DNA of 64,000 bases from Gemmatimonadaceae bacterium (GCA_045804225.1 JBJMNO010000024.1:132815-196814), one strand, 5' to 3'. Shown: positions 26,653-36,899, numbered from the stretch's first letter. Numbers and translations are program-made. The notes: generated from the sequence alone by a model not told the origin.

Positions 26653-27609
26653 TTACGAATTGTCCGACATCCCCAGTTCGCGGACTTCACGCGGCGACAC
26701 ACCGAAGCGGCGACGGAAGCTCCGATTGAAGTAGGATAAGTCGTTGAAGCCCACCTCGTATGCGACTTCGGCGATGCGTCGGCCGGCGAAGCGCGGGCTG
26801 AGCAACATCGAGCGCGCGCGCTTGAGCCGCTCCTCGCGCACGAACTCCGTCATGCTCATGCCTTCACTCTCGAACAACATGCCCACATACCGAGCGCTCA
26901 GCCTGTGCCGCGCTGCGACCTCGCCGAGCGAGAGGTCGTTCTCGAGACGTGCGAGGATGTCGGCCTTGATCGCGTGCAAGCGACCAGCTCGAACGCCCCG
27001 ACCATTCGCGATCTCCTCCGCCTCACGACCGGCGCCGACGGCCATCGCCGCCAGATCGTAGATGTGGGCGATGGCTAGCTGCGGAAGGCTTGCGGCGCCG
27101 ACGCCATCATTCGTCAGAGCAGCCCGTATGTAGCCGCGAAGTAACCGGAGTGGCAATGAGTGTTTCGGTATTCGCCGCGCGCAGTTGCGTTGCGGCTGTT
27201 CGAGCAAAGGAAGCAGCTTTCCCTGTGGAAAGTCGAGGGTGAGAACTCGACCGGTTTGCAGGGTCGTTAGGCTGCCAGGATCCGAGCCCGAGAGGGCGAT
27301 GGCGTCGCCTCGCTCGAGCACGAGCTCTCGGCCGAATTGCGTGGCGACCGCCGGGCCACCCAAGTTGAGCATCAACCTATCGCTTCCGTCCGCGAACTCG
27401 GACTTGAGCGGTGACCGCCGACCGTGCAACAACCCGAGCTCCGGGAATCTCACGAGCAGCGCGTCGATCCAGAGAGGCTCGTTAGGCCGCGGCTCCACGT
27501 GAATCTGGCCACGTCCGTGCATCTCGCGGAACATCTCGATACGGTCGCGCTCCGGCCAATCCGCGGTGCGGATTCTGACCAGACGCGCCAGAGCGCGCGG
27601 ATTCTCCAT
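26653..27609 (-). CDS. AraC-family transcriptional regulator
   Basis: The C-terminal double HTH reads LSLGEVAARHRLSARYVGMLFESEG...IAEVAYEVGFNDLSYFNRSFRRRFGVSP. Start chosen at MENPRALARL (ATG 27609). Confidence 0.85.
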   Translation of the reverse strand: MENPRALARLVRIRTADWPERDRIEMFREMHGRGQIHVEPRPNEPLWIDALLVRFPELGLLHGRRSPLKSEFADGSDRLMLNLGGPAVATQFGRELVLERGDAIALSGSDPGSLTTLQTGRVLTLDFPQGKLLPLLEQPQRNCARRIPKHSLPLRLLRGYIRAALTNDGVGAASLPQLAIAHIYDLAAMAVGAGREAEEIANGRGVRAGRLHAIKADILARLENDLSLGEVAARHRLSARYVGMLFESEGMSMTEFVREERLKRARSMLLSPRFAGRRIAEVAYEVGFNDLSYFNRSFRRRFGVSPREVRELGMSDNS

Positions 27610-27743
27610 GGAGCCAGCATCGCGCACGCGGAACCTCGCTATTCGCGTTGTCTCAACACTTCCGTTCAGTCCAAGAAACACTTCCTTTGCGTCCAAGACT
27701 GGCTCGATCCGTGAGCACACATTGCGGCGAAAACGGAGTCGCA

Positions 27744-28490
27744 ATGGCCACGATTGTCATCGAATCGCCAGTCATCCAACAGTCGCGCGGACGCACGGCC
27801 GAACATCTCTTCTTCGGAGGGATGTCGGGCCTGATCGCCCTGGTGGTCTTCATCGGCTTTGCCCGCACATACTACCTCGGGGGAATGTTCGGCGCAAAGC
27901 CGCTGGCGGCGCCTGTCGTGCACGTGCACGGGGCGGTGTTCACCTGCTGGATCGTGTTGCTCGTGGTGCAGGCCTCACTGGTCGGCATCGGCCATACCAG
28001 CATCCATCGACAGCTCGGCCTCATTGGGCTGGGCCTGGCGCCGCTCATGGTAGTTCTCGGTGTTCTCGTCGCGGACGAGATGCTCAAGCGAACGTCAGCC
28101 ATACCGGGCTTTGGCTCGCCACTGATCTTTGCCGTCGCGCTGAGCGAGATCGCGGGATTCGCCGTCCCGATTTTCTTCGCATTTCGCATGCGCCGGCGCT
28201 CAGCCATTCACAAGCGGCTGATCCTGATCGGCACGATAGCGATGACGACGGCGGGCTTTGGACGGTGGCCGATTGCGTTTCTTCTCCACAAGCCCCTTCC
28301 GGCGATGCTCGCCGCGTTCACCCTGTTAGCGATGATGATCGCATTCGATCTGCTGTCGACGCGCCGATTGCATCGGGCGACGCTGTTAGGCAGCGCGTGG
28401 GTGGTGTTCATCGAGCTCGGTGGCTTTGCGCTTGGCCACACGACGGCTTGGCGTACATTCGCGGAGCATGTCCGGTTCTTAGGAACCTGA
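27744..28490 (+). CDS. Integral membrane protein (about 6-7 TM), hypothetical
   Basis: MATIVIESPV... follows GGAG at 27735-27738. Contains multiple hydrophobic helices. Divergent from the AraC gene. Confidence 0.6.
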   Translation: MATIVIESPVIQQSRGRTAEHLFFGGMSGLIALVVFIGFARTYYLGGMFGAKPLAAPVVHVHGAVFTCWIVLLVVQASLVGIGHTSIHRQLGLIGLGLAPLMVVLGVLVADEMLKRTSAIPGFGSPLIFAVALSEIAGFAVPIFFAFRMRRRSAIHKRLILIGTIAMTTAGFGRWPIAFLLHKPLPAMLAAFTLLAMMIAFDLLSTRRLHRATLLGSAWVVFIELGGFALGHTTAWRTFAEHVRFLGT

Positions 28491-28512
28491 ATCGCCGAAG
28501 CGCTGACGACCT

Positions 28513-28872
28513 TCAATCCTTGTTAGTGACTGCCTCGGACGCACTAGATTCGGCATATACCCAGCCACGACGGCCGGAGGCAAAGCGCGCTTCGATCCGG
28601 TTATACCCCGCCGGCTCGTACGCATCGGCCATCGCCAATTCATCGTCCGTCACCTCGAGGACAGAACCCGAAGTGCGATGCTCGTCTCGGCCGGTGTGTT
28701 GCACGATCATGTGCGTGGATCCGTTCGCGGTGGCGAACTCCGTATCACTGATCTCGATGAGTCGACGCCTGAAGCCAAGGAGCTCGTCGGGGCTACCCGT
28801 CAACTCGCGACCGAACACCCGCAGCTGGACCGCTGGATCACGGAGAGTACCATACGAAAATAGAAGCGGCAT
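28513..28872 (-). CDS. Gamma-glutamylcyclotransferase-like (AIG2/GGACT family) protein
   Basis: MPLLFSYGTLRDPAVQLRVFGR is the canonical YGTL motif. 119 aa. Confidence 0.8.
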   Translation of the reverse strand: MPLLFSYGTLRDPAVQLRVFGRELTGSPDELLGFRRRLIEISDTEFATANGSTHMIVQHTGRDEHRTSGSVLEVTDDELAMADAYEPAGYNRIEARFASGRRGWVYAESSASEAVTNKD

Positions 28873-28908
28873 GCGAGTGATCTCGACCTCCGTTGTCGCC
28901 CTACTGAC

Positions 28909-29595
28909 TTACGCGGCGCCAAGCGCGACTGACACCACCGATCCATCCGCTACCACGAACACCCGGTCACCATCCTCCAGCTCGATATCACCGAGGCCAG
29001 TAAAGTCGCCAAAGGCCGGCAGCACCGCCATCGTCGGACGGATCCAGAAGCAGGGCAGGCGCTCGTACTGACGTCCCGGTCCACGCAGACGCACGGCCGG
29101 ATGAACATGGCCCGTAAGCACGAACGAGCCGTCCAACGTCCGTGGGTGATGAGCGTATGCGAATGGCTCCTCGAGCATCGGCGCATCCACGCACGCGATG
29201 CCTAACGACTCAGGCGGGTCGCCGGCGCTCCGGTCGTGGTTCCCACGCACCAGGATTGCCTCGAGCTGCGGGCGGGATGCGCGCCACTCGGTGACGAGTC
29301 GTAGGGTCTCAGGCGAACGGCCCTCCCTCGCGTGCAGGAGGTCGCCGAGGAAGATCAGGCGCGTCGCACCCATGCGTGCGACGGCGCCATCGAGACGAGC
29401 CAACGCACTGGTTGTGGTACCGGGCGGCACGAAGATCCCGCCGGCGCGAAAGGTTGCTGCTTTGCCGAAGTGCGCGTCGGCGACGAAGAGTGTCGTCGCG
29501 GCTGGCCAATACAGCGCGTGCTCGGCCATGAGGATCACCTGCTCGCCCGCTAATCCGAGCGCGGCGTCGCGCGAGGCGGTCGTCATTTCGGTCAT
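28909..29595 (-). CDS. pdeM: Ligase-associated DNA damage response metallophosphoesterase PdeM
   Basis: LFVADAHFGKAATFRAGGIFVPPGTT...LIFLGDLLHA...VRGNHD...GHVHP. Start chosen at MTEMTTASRD (ATG 29595); the track ORF extends to 29646. Confidence 0.8.
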   Translation of the reverse strand: MTEMTTASRDAALGLAGEQVILMAEHALYWPAATTLFVADAHFGKAATFRAGGIFVPPGTTTSALARLDGAVARMGATRLIFLGDLLHAREGRSPETLRLVTEWRASRPQLEAILVRGNHDRSAGDPPESLGIACVDAPMLEEPFAYAHHPRTLDGSFVLTGHVHPAVRLRGPGRQYERLPCFWIRPTMAVLPAFGDFTGLGDIELEDGDRVFVVADGSVVSVALGAA

Positions 29596-29664
29596 TCCAT
29601 CAAAGCTAACCGCCGATTTGGAAGGTCGGGTAAACCCTCGACCCACTCGCCGGGACTAAGTCGC

Positions 29665-30726
29665 ATGCGATCCTCCCATCGATTTTCGCTCGGTGCGCTG
29701 TGCGCGATGTTGCTCTCCGCCATCTCGATCACGCGCGCCCGGGCCCAGGACGCTCCGTCCGCAACCGCGCCGATCTCCCGGGACGAGCTTGTACGACGCC
29801 TGACGAAGTACCTAGATAGTCTGTCCGCAATCGACCAGTTCTCCGGCCTCGTCGTCGTCGCGCCAACCGGCGGCGGCACGCCGATCTTTCAACGCGCGTA
29901 CGGCCTGGCCGACCGTGCGACGCGCCGTACCAACAATCTCGAGACGGCATTCAACCTCGGCTCGATCAATAAAGTCTTCACGGCGACGGCTATTCGACAG
30001 TTGGCGGCAGCGGGCAAGATCGACCTGGACTCCACGCTTGCGCAATATTTGCCGGATTATCCGAATCAGGCCGTCGCGAGGCGCATAACGATTCGCCAGC
30101 TGCTCCAGATGCGCTCCGGTATCGGCGGCGACATCTTCGGCACGCCGGCCAACGGCGATCGACACAGCATTCGCACGAACGGCGACTATCTACCGCTGTT
30201 CGTGAACGAGGCGTTGCTCTTTGACCCCGGCACCCAGCAGCAGTACTCGAACGCCGGCTTCGTGGTGCTTGGTCTCGTCATCGAGCGCGTGTCGGGCGAG
30301 CGGTATTACGATTATGTGAGGCGCCACGTCTACGAGCCGGCGGGGATGACGCGAACGGCGCATTACGCGGTGGATTCACTCCCGCCCAATACCGCGATTG
30401 GTTACACGCGCGGCGGCGACAACGCGCTGCCTAACGCCACGCTCCGCGCGAATACGGCCATGCTGCCAGGCCGCGGCAGCGCCGCCGGCGGCGGCTATTC
30501 CACGGCAGATGACCTGCTGCGCTTTCTCGGCGCGATTCGTGCCAATCGTATACCGGGTGCGCCGCCGAGCGGCCTCGGCGTCGCCGGTGGCGCGCCGGGG
30601 CTGAACGCCATTCTCGAGGGCGATCTGCCGGGGGGCTACGATGTCGTCGTGTTCGCCAATCTCGACCCTCCCGCAGCGATGAGCGTGGGACGCACGATCC
30701 GGACGTGGTTAGGCGCGCGCGACTGA
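29665..30726 (+). CDS. Serine hydrolase (beta-lactamase family), secreted
   Basis: Signal peptide and the S-x-x-K motif GSINKVFTATAI. Has a Y-x-N-like YSNAG motif. Confidence 0.85.
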   Translation: MRSSHRFSLGALCAMLLSAISITRARAQDAPSATAPISRDELVRRLTKYLDSLSAIDQFSGLVVVAPTGGGTPIFQRAYGLADRATRRTNNLETAFNLGSINKVFTATAIRQLAAAGKIDLDSTLAQYLPDYPNQAVARRITIRQLLQMRSGIGGDIFGTPANGDRHSIRTNGDYLPLFVNEALLFDPGTQQQYSNAGFVVLGLVIERVSGERYYDYVRRHVYEPAGMTRTAHYAVDSLPPNTAIGYTRGGDNALPNATLRANTAMLPGRGSAAGGGYSTADDLLRFLGAIRANRIPGAPPSGLGVAGGAPGLNAILEGDLPGGYDVVVFANLDPPAAMSVGRTIRTWLGARD

Positions 30727-30728
30727 GC

Positions 30729-33176
30729 TCAGCCTGCCGCCTTTTCGAGCGCGGCCTGCATGCGCTTGATACGGTCGGACAGCGTCTCCGACGAGACACG
30801 CTCGCGCGTGCGATCGACGAGCAGCGGGAACGCGAGCGGCGTCACCCGTTTCGGCTCGCGAATGACGACTTCCGCCTTCGTTAGGCGCTCGAGTGTGCGG
30901 CCGAGTCGGGACGACTCGAGCTGGCGCTCCAGCACTTCGCGATGCGCCTGGCTGAGCAGAAGATTCCCGGGGTCGTATTGTCGAAAGACGTCGAAAAAGA
31001 GGCCCGACGACGCCTGGAGCTGGCGCGCGGTTTTGCCTGACCGCGGGAGGCCAGGGAAGACGAGTCCCGCGACACGCGCGATCTCACGGAACTGTCGCTT
31101 CGCCATCTCCGTCGCGTTGAGCGACGCAGGGACGTCGTCGAGTAGTGCGTGGGGTGAGAGGAGATCGTTCGCGAGCGCTTCCTCGAGCGGCGCTGGCCGT
31201 ACCGAGAGGAGCTCGAAACCCCAGTCGTTCGCGGACATCGTGAAGGTGATCGGGAGCACGCGCGCGATGCGATACGCCATCAGCGCAGCGAGTCCTTCGT
31301 GAACGAGACGTCCCTCCAACGGGAACCAGAAGAGGTGATAGCCCTCGCGCGTCTTCACCCGCTCGATGAGCAGCTCGTTAGGCGAGGGGATACGCGACCA
31401 GCGCGCCTGCACCTTGAAAAGCGGTGCGAGCGCCTCCATCTCGGGGCCGCGCAGCTCGCCGCGCGCGGCTTCGCCGAGTCGCTCGCGAAGCATGGCGGCG
31501 AGGGAGTCGGACATCGGAAGGCGGCTTCCCTGCCAGCGGGGAATCGCGCCCTTCACGTTAGGCGCTCGACGAACCCACGCCCGCATGTCGCGAACACGCA
31601 CGAACTCGAGCGGAGTACCGGCGAAGACGAACCGGTCGCCGGGCTTGAGTCGGGCGATGAACGATTCCTCGACGGATCCGAGCGCGCCGCCGCGGAGATA
31701 TTGGACGGCGATGTGTCCGTCGCTGACGATCGTTCCGATCGACTGCCGATGGCGCCGCGCGAGGAAGCTGCTCTCAACGATCCAGAGTCCGTCGCGCACG
31801 ACGACGCGCGCGTATTCAGGGTACGCATGCAGTGCCTCGCCGCCGCTCGACACGAAGTCGAGCACCCATTGCCATTCGTCATCCCGCAGATCGGCATACG
31901 CGTTCGTGCGCTTCACCTCGGACTTCAGCTCGTCAGGAACGAAGCCGCCACCTAACGCGACGGTAACGACGTGCTGCGCGAGGACGTCGAGCGGACGCGT
32001 CACCGGCAGGCGCGACTCGATCGAGCCGGAGGCGATGCCGTCGCGCGCCGCGGCGACCTCGATGAGCTCGAGCGCGTTCGTCGGCACACAGGTGACGCGA
32101 CTCGTCGCACCAGGACGATGCCCGCTGCGTCCGGCGCGCTGGAGCAGCCGCGCTATTCCCTTCGGGCTGCCAACCTGCAAGACGCGATCGACGGGCGAGA
32201 AGTCCACGCCGAGGTCGAGGCTCGACGTCGCGACCACGCAGCGCAGCCGTCCCGTGCGCAAACCCTCCTCGACCCAGTCGCGCTTCCTGCGATCGAGGGA
32301 GCCGTGGTGCAGCGCGATCGTACCCGCCCACTCAGGACGTGCGCCAAGTATTGCTTGATACCAGATCTCGGTTTGCGAGCGGGTATTCGTGAAGACGATC
32401 GCGCTCTGACCTTCCTCGATCGCACCGATGACCTGCGGCAGCATCTGGGTGCCGAGGTGTCCGGCCCATGGAAAGCGTTCGATGACGGGTGGAATCAGCG
32501 CGTCGACGATGATCTCCTTGGGCTCGACCCCGCGCACGACGGGTCCATCCGGCTCGTGTCCGTTAGGCAGCGACACGCCCAACAGCGCCCGCTTGGCGAC
32601 GTCGATGTTGCCGATGGTGGCCGAGAGCCCCCAGGTGCGCACCTTGGGCTGAAGCGCGCGGAGACGGCTGAGGGCGAGCTCCACCTGCACGCCGCGCTTA
32701 GTGCCCATCAGCTCATGCCATTCGTCGACGACGATGAGTCGCAGATCGGCAAAGAGGTCGGCGACGTCGTCGCGTGTGAGAAAGAGCGTCAAGCTCTCCG
32801 GCGTCGTCACCAACGCCTCGGGCAATCGCCGCTGCTGTCGCGCGCGCTGGGCGGGTGACGTGTCGCCGGTGCGCGTCTCCACGCGCCAGCGCACGCCTAA
32901 CGCGTCGAGCGGCACGCCGAGTGATTCTGCCGTATCCGCGGCGAGAGCGCGCAGCGGTGTAATCCAGACGACGCGCACACCGCCCGCTTTCATCCTCGCG
33001 TTAGGCTCGACAAGCGCTTCGAGCACGGGGCCGAGCCACGCAGCGAGCGTCTTACCCGTGCCGGTGGCGGCGTGAACGAGGCCGCTCTCCCCATTCAAGT
33101 AGGCTTGCCACACCTCGCGCTGAAAGGCAAATGGCTTCCAGCCGCGCGACGCGAACCATTCCTCCACGCGCTCCAT
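30729..33176 (-). CDS. Ligase-associated DNA damage response DEXH-box helicase (Lhr-core type)
   Basis: Helicase motifs are ATGTGKT, DEWH, SAT and QRAGRSGHRPG. The long C-terminal domain is typical of the Lhr-like family. Start chosen at MERVEEWFASRGWKPFAFQ (ATG 33176). Confidence 0.9.
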   Translation of the reverse strand: MERVEEWFASRGWKPFAFQREVWQAYLNGESGLVHAATGTGKTLAAWLGPVLEALVEPNARMKAGGVRVVWITPLRALAADTAESLGVPLDALGVRWRVETRTGDTSPAQRARQQRRLPEALVTTPESLTLFLTRDDVADLFADLRLIVVDEWHELMGTKRGVQVELALSRLRALQPKVRTWGLSATIGNIDVAKRALLGVSLPNGHEPDGPVVRGVEPKEIIVDALIPPVIERFPWAGHLGTQMLPQVIGAIEEGQSAIVFTNTRSQTEIWYQAILGARPEWAGTIALHHGSLDRRKRDWVEEGLRTGRLRCVVATSSLDLGVDFSPVDRVLQVGSPKGIARLLQRAGRSGHRPGATSRVTCVPTNALELIEVAAARDGIASGSIESRLPVTRPLDVLAQHVVTVALGGGFVPDELKSEVKRTNAYADLRDDEWQWVLDFVSSGGEALHAYPEYARVVVRDGLWIVESSFLARRHRQSIGTIVSDGHIAVQYLRGGALGSVEESFIARLKPGDRFVFAGTPLEFVRVRDMRAWVRRAPNVKGAIPRWQGSRLPMSDSLAAMLRERLGEAARGELRGPEMEALAPLFKVQARWSRIPSPNELLIERVKTREGYHLFWFPLEGRLVHEGLAALMAYRIARVLPITFTMSANDWGFELLSVRPAPLEEALANDLLSPHALLDDVPASLNATEMAKRQFREIARVAGLVFPGLPRSGKTARQLQASSGLFFDVFRQYDPGNLLLSQAHREVLERQLESSRLGRTLERLTKAEVVIREPKRVTPLAFPLLVDRTRERVSSETLSDRIKRMQAALEKAAG

Positions 33177-33275
33177 CGACGAACCCTGGTGAGTGCGTGG
33201 AGAAGTCTCTCGCATGAGGAGGTCGGACGACATCCATAGAATGTCGCGCCCGACGCGCCGGCTTCCAACTGCCAG

Positions 33276-33566
33276 CTATTGCTCCAAGGCGCGGTTCCGC
33301 GCCCGAATCCACAACAGCAGCAGCACACTTGGCGGCAGGAGCACGATGAGCACGAAGGCGAGCAGCAGCTGCGGCACGATCTCGCCCCAATTGACATGCA
33401 TTTGCGCCGACGTCGCCCCAAACCGGAAGCCCATGTCCGCGAACATGCGGGCCGTGCTCTTGGCCTCGGCGATGAAATACAGAATCAGCGTCGTGCCGGT
33501 GCATACGACCCACGTCACGATCAACGTGATGATCGGGCCGCGCCTCCATTGGCTCAGCCAGCGCAT
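33276..33566 (-). CDS. Small membrane protein (2 TM), hypothetical
   Basis: 96 aa with two clear hydrophobic helices. Confidence 0.5.
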   Translation of the reverse strand: MRWLSQWRRGPIITLIVTWVVCTGTTLILYFIAEAKSTARMFADMGFRFGATSAQMHVNWGEIVPQLLLAFVLIVLLPPSVLLLLWIRARNRALEQ

Positions 33567-33572
33567 CGCCGA

Positions 33573-34922
33573 CTAGCGCGACGTCCGCGCCGTGGCGCCG
33601 AGGACCTCGAGAGCCTTCTCGATGGCTCCGTCCCGGCCACTGGCGACATCGCTCGGCGGAAAGACCGGCACGACGATCATCGGTGGAATACCTGGCCCGT
33701 CGTAGCTCTTGCCATTGGTGACGAAGCGTTCGTTAGGCAAACCGAAGCGCCAGCCGTTCGGCAGGTGGCGGCCGAGGACGTCGGAGAAGACACCCTGAGT
33801 GTTCTGACCGATTCGAACCACCGCCGGCTGACGGTTCATGAGCGCCTGCGTGAACGTCTCGGCAGCGCTCACGCTGTGCGTGCTGGTGAGATGCACGACG
33901 GGACCTCGGAATCCTGGTCGGTTGCTCACGCGCACCCAGCTCACCTGACCTGGTGTCCAGCGACTCGGGTCCTTTGGGTCGAGACGCGCCTGCTTCTCAT
34001 ATGCGATGTAATCCTTCGCCGTTAGGCGACTGGCGATCGCCAAGCCATACGGATCCGCGCCACCGCCATTGATGCGGACGTCGGTGACGAATCCTCTCCA
34101 GCTCGCGGAGCCGGCGAAGATGGTATCGAGCGCTGCTTCGAGCGCGACGAGTCCGTCGTCGAAGGAGCCGTTAGGCGTGTAGGTGCTGAAGCCGCGAATG
34201 CGCAGGTAGCCGATGTCGGGGCGGAGCATCCCGAACTCGAGGCGTCCGTTGCAGAACGTGTGCAGCGGCCCGATGAGATAACGCTGAACGGTCGCGTACG
34301 CGCTGTCCCATTGCTCCCGGGGAACGCGATCGGGGCTCGGCCGGAAGCCAGAGAAGCGCAGGTTGGGATCCGACGCGCCAATGTAGGTGTGCGCATCGTG
34401 GAGCGGCTCGATCATGCCACGCAACACGGCGAAGAGCGTCGGGTCGCTCGTCGTGTCGGATACGTTCGGGCGATTGCCGGCGACGATCGAAGCCCAATCG
34501 GCGTGTTTGATATCGAAGAAGCCGTACTGCTCGGCCCACGTCGTCGCGAAGACGTCGAAGTTGGACACCGGGGTGTTCGGCGTTGGACGTTCGCAGGCGC
34601 TGGGACGCGCCGCACGACGCAGGATGACGTCGGATGCCGCGCCATTTATGTGAAAGCGCAGACCGTTGGGCGATTGATCGCGCAGCAGCAGTACCGTGAC
34701 CGGGGCAGTTGTGAATCGATAGGCAGCAACTGCGCCTGTCGGCGCTGGCACGGCCGCGGCGGTGAACGACGGAATACAGGAAATGCTCGTGACTTCGTAG
34801 GCGCGGAGGGTGTCGGCGTTGGTGTCGAAGAAGAGTCCGTAACCCTCGGACGTCCAGAGGCCACCTTGCGCACCGGCGACGTGTGCGATCGCCAGAAGTA
34901 CTGTGAGGATTGCTAGTCGCAT
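33573..34922 (-). CDS. S41-family (tail-specific-protease-like) peptidase, secreted
   Basis: Signal peptide. Contains DVRINGGGADPYGLAIASRL and TSTHSVSAAETFTQAL, which are S41-like Ser/Lys-region motifs. Confidence 0.75.
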   Translation of the reverse strand: MRLAILTVLLAIAHVAGAQGGLWTSEGYGLFFDTNADTLRAYEVTSISCIPSFTAAAVPAPTGAVAAYRFTTAPVTVLLLRDQSPNGLRFHINGAASDVILRRAARPSACERPTPNTPVSNFDVFATTWAEQYGFFDIKHADWASIVAGNRPNVSDTTSDPTLFAVLRGMIEPLHDAHTYIGASDPNLRFSGFRPSPDRVPREQWDSAYATVQRYLIGPLHTFCNGRLEFGMLRPDIGYLRIRGFSTYTPNGSFDDGLVALEAALDTIFAGSASWRGFVTDVRINGGGADPYGLAIASRLTAKDYIAYEKQARLDPKDPSRWTPGQVSWVRVSNRPGFRGPVVHLTSTHSVSAAETFTQALMNRQPAVVRIGQNTQGVFSDVLGRHLPNGWRFGLPNERFVTNGKSYDGPGIPPMIVVPVFPPSDVASGRDGAIEKALEVLGATARTSR

Positions 34923-34949
34923 GAAGCCTCAGCTCCTTGTGAGGACCAG

Positions 34950-35027
34950 AAAGCAGATCCTTCGCTGCGCTCAGTATGACATTCGGTTGTCGGTTGTCAT
35001 CCTGAGCGCGACGAAGGATCTGCTGTT
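34950..35027. repeat. REP-family inverted pair forming a ~30-bp hairpin
   Basis: AAAGCAGATCCTTCGCTGCGCTCAGTATGAC - 15-nt loop - GTCATCCTGAGCGCGACGAAGGATCTGCTGTT. Lies between the GNAT stop and the S41 peptidase start. Confidence 0.85.
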
Positions 35028-35563
35028 CCAACTTCCTTATAGAAGAAGACGGTGTCACACCACGACCCGTCGGGATTGAGCGCGAAGTTCGGTACTTCAC
35101 CAACGCGACGCCAGCCGAGGGAGGTGTAGAGCTTCTCGGCCGCAGATCCTTTGCAGGTGTCGAGCAGGAGAAGAGTGAAGCTCTGCTCGCGCGCGTGCTC
35201 CTCGACCGCTCGCATGAGCGCGCGCGCGACGCCGCGGCCGCGGGCGCGGCGATGCACGATCAGCTTCGCGACGTCCGCGCGATGCGGCTGGTTCGGCGCC
35301 CAGGCGGGCTGCAATTGAACCGTGCCGAGGATACCCTCCGCGTCGCGAGCGGCCAGAATCACCGTCCGCGACGTCGCGCCCCCGAGGACTTGTCGCCACC
35401 ACGCGGCTGCCTGCTCACTCGTTAGGTCCGACATGAAGCTGACGCCGGCGCCGCTGTGCACCGCGTCCATCAGCACATCTGTGAGTCCGCGCACGACGTC
35501 ATCGGTGGCGGCTTGGACCCGCTCGATCGTGATGGTCGAGAAATTGGTCGTCGACTTGGGCAC
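34997..35563 (-). CDS. GNAT-family N-acetyltransferase
   Basis: Acetyl-CoA motif HRRARGRGVARALMRAVEEHA. The last ~9 aa (TADPSSRSG) are encoded by the REP hairpin 34950-35027. Confidence 0.8.
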   Translation of the reverse strand: MPKSTTNFSTITIERVQAATDDVVRGLTDVLMDAVHSGAGVSFMSDLTSEQAAAWWRQVLGGATSRTVILAARDAEGILGTVQLQPAWAPNQPHRADVAKLIVHRRARGRGVARALMRAVEEHAREQSFTLLLLDTCKGSAAEKLYTSLGWRRVGEVPNFALNPDGSWCDTVFFYKEVGTADPSSRSG

Positions 35564-35689
35564 GGCTCTGTTATGTGACGGTCCCGGTTGACCGTCAAGC
35601 TACTCACGGGCAGTTTGTCGCGGGTTGTCGACATTGGGCCGGTTCGTTCGACGTCTCAATAGAAGCCACTCACAAAGGAGATTCCAGCC

Positions 35690-36085
35690 ATGCAAGCAGC
35701 AGCCTTGACCAGCCGCCCCGTCGCGTCCGTGTCGTGGACGGGACGTATCCTCACCGGTGTCGTCATCGCCTTCATGGTGTTCGACGCCATCCTTCACATC
35801 CTGAAGCCGGCGCCGGTGGTCGATGCCTTCACGCAGCTTGGTTACCCGCTGCGGCTCGCGGTGGGACTGGGCGTGATCGAGCTCATTTGCACTTTGCTCT
35901 ATGCAATTCCGCGCACGTCGTTCGCCGGAGCTCTTCTTCTCACGGGCTACCTCGGCGGGGCCATCGCGACGCAGCTCCGTATCGACGCGGGCTGGTTCCC
36001 GACACTCTTTCCGATCATCATCGGCGCGCTGCTCTGGGGCGGTCTCGCCCTGCGTGACTCGCGCGTCCGCGGACTGCTTGGCTAG
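35690..36085 (+). CDS. DoxX-like family membrane protein
   Basis: 131 aa with 4 TM helices. AAGGAG RBS at 35674-35679. Confidence 0.75.
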   Translation: MQAAALTSRPVASVSWTGRILTGVVIAFMVFDAILHILKPAPVVDAFTQLGYPLRLAVGLGVIELICTLLYAIPRTSFAGALLLTGYLGGAIATQLRIDAGWFPTLFPIIIGALLWGGLALRDSRVRGLLG

Positions 36086-36366
36086 ACCTCAGGTGAGCGC
36101 GAGCGCCCGCGGGTCGTGCCGCGCGGCCAATAGCTGAACTCCGGCTCGAAGCAGGCCCCGTCCAGATCGGCGATGCGATCGCGCACGAAAATTTGAGCAT
36201 CCGCTATCGCCGCGTTGTAGATCGAAGGGCCGATCTCTTTGACGATGAAATCGAGGAGGAGCTTGGCCTGCAGCTCGCCGAGCTCCTCTTCGCGTTGCTC
36301 CTTGAAGTAGCGTTTGATCGACGCGACGGCACGTTCAGTAGTCTCTGGACTGAGCTCGATGGCCAT
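36082..36366 (-). CDS. DUF2164 protein
   Basis: MAIELSPETTERAVASIKRYFKEQREEELGELQAKLLLDFIVKEIGPSIYNAAIADA is the typical DUF2164 sequence. Confidence 0.7.
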   Translation of the reverse strand: MAIELSPETTERAVASIKRYFKEQREEELGELQAKLLLDFIVKEIGPSIYNAAIADAQIFVRDRIADLDGACFEPEFSYWPRGTTRGRSRSPEV

Positions 36367-36372
36367 CGTCGC

Positions 36373-36858
36373 TCAGCGCAGTGTGGTCGTGACGCCAGCG
36401 GGTGGCGTGGCGAGCTTCGGCGAGTCGTGCACGATTTGTCCGCCAAGGTAGGCCGTGCGGACGATGACACTGAGCGCCCATACCGTGATGACGGCGACGA
36501 CGGTGCGCAGCCAGACTGGCGGAAGCGCGGCGACCTCACGTCGCAGCATCCGCCACCAGGTGTACGCGCTCGCCGCGCCCATGAGAAGAATGGAGAAGAG
36601 CGCGAAGCCGGCGGCCTGGTCGTGCTCTTCGACCATGGAGCGGACAACATACCATGTAGTGCTCACCGCATGCGCGGCGCGATCACCGGTGAAGAACGCT
36701 GGGTAGACGCTGAGGCCGGCGAGCGTCAGCGTTGCGAGGGCGTACAGAAAGAAGGCGCGTCGCCTAACGATGAGGGCGAGCAGGAGAACGGCGGTTCCAA
36801 CCACCGTGAGCACGATCGGGAAGTGATTGATCAGCGTGTGGACGTAGGGCCAGTTCAC
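36373..36858 (-). CDS. Membrane protein (4 TM, DUF2231-like)
   Basis: MNWPYVHTLINHFPIVLTVVG..., with hydrophobic helices throughout. Confidence 0.55.
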   Translation of the reverse strand: MNWPYVHTLINHFPIVLTVVGTAVLLLALIVRRRAFFLYALATLTLAGLSVYPAFFTGDRAAHAVSTTWYVVRSMVEEHDQAAGFALFSILLMGAASAYTWWRMLRREVAALPPVWLRTVVAVITVWALSVIVRTAYLGGQIVHDSPKLATPPAGVTTTLR

Positions 36859-36899
36859 GGGCGTCGGCGTGAAGGAGAAGTGTGGTTTGCGCTACCCAA

